DNA of 64,000 nt from contig CAWJMT010000003.1 in the NCBI GenBank assembly GCA_963844035.1, positions 128,001 through 192,000 on the forward strand, given 5' to 3'. The position numbers and the translations under genes were made by a program. This document shows, piece by piece, positions 58,487 to 64,000 of this stretch (its first letter is position 1; each line of letters begins with the position of its first letter). The stretch comes from an uncultured Gemmatimonadales bacterium. GTDB taxonomy: Bacteria; Gemmatimonadota; Gemmatimonadetes; Gemmatimonadales; GWC2-71-9. A model generated the notes under the pieces. The model searched no databases and was not told the origin of the DNA. It saw only the letters and a program-made list of their open reading frames with translations.

Positions 58487-58768
58487 GTGCCCCGCTGGCT
58501 GGCCCACTTGCTCGTTGTGTGCGGTTGGCTCCTCACGCCGATCCTGGCGTGGGGAGCTTCGTATATGGGGTTGTGGGCGGGCGCCCTCGTGGCGTTGCGG
58601 TTCTCGCACCCCGCCACGATGCTGGCGGTGGCGGGGGCGGCCGCCGCGCTCTCGGGGCTTATCACTCTGGCGTTCTGGGTGCGATTCATGCGCCGCGTCC
58701 CTCACCTCCTGTCCCACCTCATGGCTGCGCGCGCCTCGGAAGAGGAGGCGGTTGCCGCGGCCGACTGA
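58487..58768 (+). CDS. Small hypothetical membrane protein
   Basis: GGAGG SD, two or three TM segments. Confidence 0.6.
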   Translation: MPRWLAHLLVVCGWLLTPILAWGASYMGLWAGALVALRFSHPATMLAVAGAAAALSGLITLAFWVRFMRRVPHLLSHLMAARASEEEAVAAAD

Positions 58769-58769
58769 G

Positions 58770-59731
58770 TTGCTGCGATTTGGATTCCTGGGTCTGCTCC
58801 CCGCCGTGCTCAGCGCGCAGGGGCGACAGATCGAGTTTCACCTCGGGCGCTGGGATGGCGACAATCCCGCAGTGACCTACGAGCTCCGCACCACCACCCG
58901 GCTCGGCGGTGTGTTCACCCACGGGATCGGCGTGACCGCGCTGGTGAGCGACACGCTGGGACGCCGCCGTGCGTTCTACGGAGCCGGGTACGAGATCCAG
59001 GCGCTGCGCCGCCGCCGCAGCCTGGAGGCGTACGCCCTGGCCGGCGTCGCCCTCGGACTGTCGACCGACACGTCGAGCGACGAGGTGGGCGCGCTGTGGA
59101 GCCTGGGCGGCGGCGCCGAATGGCAGCCGGTGCCCGGGTTCGCGCTCGGACTGGAAACCCGCTATCGCATCGAGGCCCGAGGCTCGCTGGGGTTCTGGCG
59201 TGCCGGGCCGAGTGCGCGGAACGGCCTCAGCGCCGCGATCGGCGTTTCGATCGGATTCGGCAAGGGCGGGGGAGGCAAGGGGAGCTCCGCCGCTGCGGCG
59301 CCCCACGCCCGCCGCCCATCGAGCCGCCGGCGACAATCGCCGGCAACGCCGCCGACGTGGTGCAGACGGCAATTGCCGCCATTGGGACCCCGTACAGCTG
59401 GGGCGGGACAGCGGAGAACGGGTTCGACTGCTCGGGATTGATCCAGTACGCGTATGGGGTCCACGGGATTCGCTTGCCGCGCCGCAGCCGGGATCAGGCC
59501 ACGGCGGGAGCCGAAGTCGCCCCGGTGGTGGAAGCCCTGCGGCCGGGCGACATCCTGTTGTTCTCGAGCAGCCCAGGCGCGGGTGTGACGCATGTGGGGA
59601 TGTACGTCGGCGAGGAAAAGTTCATTCACAGTGCGTCCAACGGCGTCAAGCTCTCGCGGCTCGATCCGCGCGACCCGGAGGGCGGCTATTGGGTCACCCG
59701 CTGGGTCGGAGCACGCCGGGTGATTCCGTGA
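58770..59731 (+). CDS. NlpC/P60 (C40) peptidase with N-terminal beta-barrel-like domain (frameshift near 59305)
   Basis: TTG start plus signal peptide, amphipathic beta strands ending GVSIGFG, then GTPYSWGG..GFDCSGL...LRPGD...HVGMY...FIHS. Confidence 0.8.
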
Positions 59732-60145
59732 GTCGCGGGCGGTGCATCGCGGCGATCCCATGCCTCCTCGCCGCGGCGTGCTTGCCGGGCGCGGGCGGGA
59801 ACCAGTCGTCGCTGCGCGGCTACCGCGTGGTAATCGAGTCCCACGACTCGCTCAGCGACGACCTGGCCCGCGCGCTTTCGAAGCGAGGGCTTCAGCGTAA
59901 AGCGCCACGTCAGCGGGGGGAGTCCCCCCACGGCGGCCCTCGTCACGTTCGAGTTCCGGGAGGTTGGCGACGCGCCGCCCATCGTCTGGCTCCATGCTCG
60001 CATGGCCGACACGCGCAGCGGCACCATCGTGGCGGCCGTTTCCGCGCCGCTCGATTCCCTCGGTAATACCACGGCCGCCCGCGCGCTGAGCGTGGCCGAT
60101 TCTTTCGCGGCGCACTTGCGGCGGGGTCCCGACTCGCCCCCTTGA
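59728..60145 (+). CDS. Putative lipoprotein (frameshift near 59888)
   Basis: Lipobox LLAAAC; continues in shifted frame ...LHARMADTRSGTIVAAVS...stop 60145. Confidence 0.5.
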
Positions 60146-60176
60146 CTTCGGTTGTACCGCTGGACAAATTCCCGCC

Positions 60177-60203
60177 TTAGCACTCTCGCCATGAGAGTGC
60201 TAG
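60177..60203 (+). promoter_or_regulatory. CIRCE operator (HrcA binding site)
   Basis: TTAGCACTC-tcgccatga-GAGTGCTAG matches TTAGCACTC-N9-GAGTGCTAA; lies upstream of groES; TTGACT -35-like at 60142. Confidence 0.93.
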
Positions 60204-60255
60204 TACCAATAGATACAATGGGTTACGCCAACGCACCGAGCTGGAGGCTGGGATT

Positions 60256-60570
60256 ATGGCAACGGCAACTGCAAGCAAGGCAAAGCTCAAGGTTTACCCG
60301 CTGGCTGACCGGGTGGCGATCAAGCCCCTCGAGGAGACCGAGACGATGAAGGGTGGTCTCTACATCCCCGACACGGCGAAGGAGAAGCCGATTCAGGGTG
60401 AGGTGATCGCGGTCGGGCCGGGCAGGCGGGAGAAGGGTGACGTCGTCCCGATGGAGTTGAAGGTGGGAGACCGGGTCGTGTACGGGAAGTACAGCGGCAC
60501 GCAGGTCGAGCTGGGTGGGGACGAGATCATTCTGATCAAGGAATCCGATGTCATTGCGAAACTCGCTTAA
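60256..60570 (+). CDS. groES: Co-chaperonin GroES
   Basis: [35 protein letters not shown]. Confidence 0.98.
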   Translation: MATATASKAKLKVYPLADRVAIKPLEETETMKGGLYIPDTAKEKPIQGEVIAVGPGRREKGDVVPMELKVGDRVVYGKYSGTQVELGGDEIILIKESDVIAKLA

Positions 60571-60587
60571 GGCTTAGGGAGGAACAG

Positions 60588-62225
60588 ATGGCTGCGAAGC
60601 AACTGGAGTTCAATACCGAGGCCCGCGCCCGGTTGAAGCGGGGCGTGGACCAACTGGCAGAGGCAGTGAAGGTGACGCTTGGCCCCAAGGGCCGGAACGT
60701 CGTCATCGACAAGAAATTCGGCAGCCCCACCGTGACGAAGGACGGGGTCACGGTCGCCAAGGAAATCGAGCTCGAAGACCCGATCGAGAACATGGGCGCC
60801 CAGATGGTCAAAGAGGTGGCGACCAAGACCTCGGATCTGGCGGGCGACGGGACGACCACGGCGACTGTGCTGGCGCAGGCCATCTTTCGTGAGGGCCTGA
60901 AGTCGGTCACGGCGGGTGTGAGCCCGATGTCCCTCAAGCGGGGCATCGAGCGGGCGGTGGACGCGGTGGTGGACGAGCTGAAGAAGATCTCGGTACCGAC
61001 GGCTGGCCGCAAAGAGATCGCGCAGGTCGGCACGATCTCCGCAAACAACGACAGCGAGATCGGCAAGATCATCGCCGACGCGATGGAGAAGGTCGGCAAG
61101 GACGGCGTCATCACGGTCGAAGAGGCGAAGGGTCTCGAGACCACATACGAGACGGTGGACGGGATGCAGTTCGATCGCGGCTATCTGTCGCCGTACTTCG
61201 TCACCGATCCGGAGAAGATGGAGTGCGTGCTCGAAGATGCGCACATCCTGATTCACGACAAGAAGATCTCCTCGATGAAGGACCTGCTGCCCGTGCTCGA
61301 GAAGGTCGCACAGGCGGGTCGGCCCCTGCTGATCATCGCCGAGGATATCGAGGGTGAGGCGCTCGCGACGCTGGTGGTCAACAAGCTGCGCGGCACGCTC
61401 AAGGTGTGCGGCGTCAAAGCGCCGGGCTTCGGGGATCGTCGCAAGGATCTGTTGCGCGACATCGCCGTCCTGAGCGGTGGACAGGTGATCTCGGAGGAAG
61501 TCGGCTTCAAGCTCGAGAACGCGGTCCTGAGCGACCTGGGTCATGCCAAGCGCGTGGTGATCGACAAGGACAACACGACCGTCGTGGATGGCAAGGGCAA
61601 GCAGAACGACATCCAGGGCCGGATCAATGAGATCAAGGCCGCAGTCGAAAAGTCCACGTCCGACTATGACCGCGAGAAGCTGCAGGAGCGCCTGGCGAAG
61701 CTCGCCGGGGGCGTGGCGGTCGTGCACGTGGGCGCAGCCACCGAGACCGAAATGAAGGAGAAGAAGGCCCGCGTGGAGGATGCGCTGCACGCTACGCGCG
61801 CCGCGGTCGAGGAAGGCATCGTCCCGGGCGGCGGGGTCGCGCTGCTGTGGTGCCAGCGGGTCCTGGACAAGGTGAAGGGGACCACCGAGGACGAGAAGAT
61901 CGGTATCGACATCGTGCGGCGGGCGCTGGAAGAGCCGATCCGGATGATTGCCCAGAACGCGGGTGCGGAAGGCTCGATCATCGTCGGGAAGGTCAAGGAG
62001 TCGAAGGATAAGAACTTCGGCTACAACGCCCAGAACGACACGTTCGAGGACCTGGTGGCGGCCGGCGTCATCGACCCCACGAAGGTCACCCGGACGGCCC
62101 TGCAGAACGCCGCGTCGATCGCGGGACTGCTCCTGACGACCGAGTGCGTCGTCGTGGAGAAGAAGGAGAAGGACAAGGCTCCGCCGATGCCCGGCGGTGG
62201 CGGCGGCATGGGTGGCATGTACTAG
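60588..62225 (+). CDS. groEL: Chaperonin GroEL
   Basis: [32 protein letters not shown]-terminal GGMGGMY. Confidence 0.99.
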   Translation: MAAKQLEFNTEARARLKRGVDQLAEAVKVTLGPKGRNVVIDKKFGSPTVTKDGVTVAKEIELEDPIENMGAQMVKEVATKTSDLAGDGTTTATVLAQAIFREGLKSVTAGVSPMSLKRGIERAVDAVVDELKKISVPTAGRKEIAQVGTISANNDSEIGKIIADAMEKVGKDGVITVEEAKGLETTYETVDGMQFDRGYLSPYFVTDPEKMECVLEDAHILIHDKKISSMKDLLPVLEKVAQAGRPLLIIAEDIEGEALATLVVNKLRGTLKVCGVKAPGFGDRRKDLLRDIAVLSGGQVISEEVGFKLENAVLSDLGHAKRVVIDKDNTTVVDGKGKQNDIQGRINEIKAAVEKSTSDYDREKLQERLAKLAGGVAVVHVGAATETEMKEKKARVEDALHATRAAVEEGIVPGGGVALLWCQRVLDKVKGTTEDEKIGIDIVRRALEEPIRMIAQNAGAEGSIIVGKVKESKDKNFGYNAQNDTFEDLVAAGVIDPTKVTRTALQNAASIAGLLLTTECVVVEKKEKDKAPPMPGGGGGMGGMY

Positions 62226-62228
62226 GAC

Positions 62229-62262
62229 TAGACGCATAGACGCACAGACAGACGCACAGACA
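62229..62262 (+). repeat. Octamer tandem (TAGACGCA family) immediately after groEL
   Basis: tagacgca tagacgca caga cagacgca caga ca; same unit as the tRNA-spacer array. Confidence 0.8.
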
Positions 62263-62271
62263 GGTTGAGGC

Positions 62272-62305
62272 GCGCCCCGGGATTGCTCCCGGGGCGCCTT
62301 CTTTT
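62272..62305 (+). terminator. Rho-independent terminator of groESL
   Basis: gcgccccggga-ttgc-tcccggggcgc followed by cttctttt. Confidence 0.85.
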
Positions 62306-62330
62306 GGTGCATAAGCATTAGCTTTCCCCC

Positions 62331-64000
62331 GTGGCCGTTCCCCCTTCGCCACCCAATCGTCCCGAGCGCGCGGCGCTGTCGCGCGATCTCGCGGATTTTC
62401 TCATCGAACTTTCCATCGCGCTCCACAAGCACGCGCTCTACCCACCGGATCATCCGTCTCTCGATCCGGCCGCGGGGGCGGTGGTCGACCGCGCCGAACT
62501 CCTGCTCACCGACCGCACCACCCTGGCACTAGGCGTCGCGCGCAACCAGCTGGTGATCGAAGGGGTCGCCACCGATCCCAAGCATCCGGTGCTGCGCGAG
62601 CTGGCTGACCGGTTGCACCGCCACCATCTCGGCGCGGTGACGTTCAGCCGGGGCGTGGGGGTCGCCGAGGTGCGCGATGCGCTGCGCACGCTCGCCATGG
62701 AAGCGGATCGAACCGGACAGCCGCTTGGCCTGGGGCCGCTCGAGGCACTGCGTCGCTGGGAGCACGTGCGCCTTCATCCGTTGACCTACGAACGGCTCGA
62801 GCTCGTCGACGAGGCCCCGGCAGCGGACGTGGCCACCGGCACCACGCGGAACCGCGCCGCCCAACTGTGGGTGGGACTCGCCCGCGCGGCCCTCGCCACC
62901 GAAGGGAGCGATGAGGCTCCTGCGTCCAACGACCCCGCGGTGATTGCGCGGGCGATCGACGAGCGCGTCCCGCATTCCGCCGGCGCGTACGATCAGGCCA
63001 TCGTCGGGTACATGCTGCAAATCGCCGAAGAGCTCAAGGCGGCGGGGAGCAATGAAGCGGTCGCGCTGCGGCGCCGGATGTCGCGTCTGGTGCGCGGCCT
63101 GAAGCCCCAGACGCTGCAGCGGCTGGTGGCGATGGGCGGCGACTTTGCGCAGCGGCACAAATTCGTGGCCGATGCGACCGACGGGATGGCGCTTGATGCC
63201 GTGCTCGAGATCGTGCAGGCGGCGGCCACCACCTCCAACCAGACCATTTCCCATGCGCTCGTGCGCATGCTCTCGAAGTTTGCCGCTCACGCCGAAGCGG
63301 GCTCGATCGAAGCGCGTCCCCAGGCTGACGCCGCCCTGCGGCAGCAGGTGCGCCAGCTGCTCGAGGGGTGGAGCCTCAAGGACCCCAATCCCGGTGCCTA
63401 CGGTGCGGCCTTGCAGCGCATGGCGAAGGCCACGCCCCTCTTCGCGGTGCCCGCCGAGGAGGCCTACCCGACGGAGCCCGAGCGGATCGCGGCCATGGGT
63501 CTCGAGCTCGATATCGACGCCGCCCCCGTGCTCGAAGCGGTAGACCGGGTCGTGGAGGAAGGGCGCGTGTTGCGCCTGCTCGAAGTCCTGGAGGAGATGC
63601 CGACGACGAGCATGGCCGCCGACCGCATGTGGGAGCGCGTGGCGACGCCCGGCGTCGTGCGCCTCCTGGCAACGCAGGAGCCGCCGGACTTCAAGACGCT
63701 TGACCGTTTGGTATCGCGGGTCGGTCCTGGCGCGGGCGAGCCCCTGCTCGAGGCGTTGGCGATCGCCGAGTCGCGCGGCGCGCGCCGGGGCTTCCTCGGC
63801 CTGCTGGTGCGCCTCGGGCCGGCAATATCGCCCCTGGTCATCGGCCGCCTGCAGGACGAGCGTTGGTACGTCACGCGCAATTTGCTGGCGTTGCTCGAGG
63901 AGCTTGGAGACTTGCCTCCGACCTTCGATCCCACCCCGTGGCTCCTGCATGCCGACGCGCGCGTGCGGTTGCAGGCGTTAAAGCTGCAGGTCAAGCGGCC
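62331..64000 (+). CDS. HEAT-repeat protein, 3'-partial (absent from the ORF track because no stop falls in the window)
   Basis: GTG 62331; ALSRDLADFLIELSIALHKHALYPPDHPSL...; HEAT repeats near the window end (LQDERWYVTRNLL, LHADARVRLQAL). Confidence 0.8.
   Translation, partial: MAVPPSPPNRPERAALSRDLADFLIELSIALHKHALYPPDHPSLDPAAGAVVDRAELLLTDRTTLALGVARNQLVIEGVATDPKHPVLRELADRLHRHHLGAVTFSRGVGVAEVRDALRTLAMEADRTGQPLGLGPLEALRRWEHVRLHPLTYERLELVDEAPAADVATGTTRNRAAQLWVGLARAALATEGSDEAPASNDPAVIARAIDERVPHSAGAYDQAIVGYMLQIAEELKAAGSNEAVALRRRMSRLVRGLKPQTLQRLVAMGGDFAQRHKFVADATDGMALDAVLEIVQAAATTSNQTISHALVRMLSKFAAHAEAGSIEARPQADAALRQQVRQLLEGWSLKDPNPGAYGAALQRMAKATPLFAVPAEEAYPTEPERIAAMGLELDIDAAPVLEAVDRVVEEGRVLRLLEVLEEMPTTSMAADRMWERVATPGVVRLLATQEPPDFKTLDRLVSRVGPGAGEPLLEALAIAESRGARRGFLGLLVRLGPAISPLVIGRLQDERWYVTRNLLALLEELGDLPPTFDPTPWLLHADARVRLQALKLQVKR

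Overview
High-GC bacterial chromosome segment, almost all on the + strand and mostly housekeeping genes. The gene order and protein style suggest Gemmatimonadota (inference, not verified). In order: a small accessory block (archaeal-type ACT/DUF5612-like protein, MFS transporter, cupin, FAD oxidase, DUF983); a long superoperon fmdB-argS-pfkB-purM-ribD-ribE-ribBA-ribH-nusB-GT4-hpf-hprK-mannose-family PTS IIA/B/C/D-ptsH-ptsI-metK-ahcY-DUF151; recO-selB; clpB-tadA; two tRNA-Ser genes; pyrR-pyrB-pyrC; rpsT (- strand); S2P-scpA-scpB-rluB; HEAT protein with a MoxR/DUF58/Bat (VWA/TPR) operon; mutL-miaA-bshA-uppP-birA-coaX-UbiA-like; an apparent beta-barrel/NlpC-P60 fusion; CIRCE-groES-groEL; and a partial HEAT-repeat gene. 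About 20 single-base frameshifts fall in conserved genes and most likely are uncorrected long-read indels. No CRISPR, IS, prophage or rRNA was seen. The most striking unexplained signal is seven short arrays of degenerate 7- or 8-mers from five different unit families. Most are head-to-head inverted arms at gene junctions, and some are translated inside genes (miaA, mutL, tadA).
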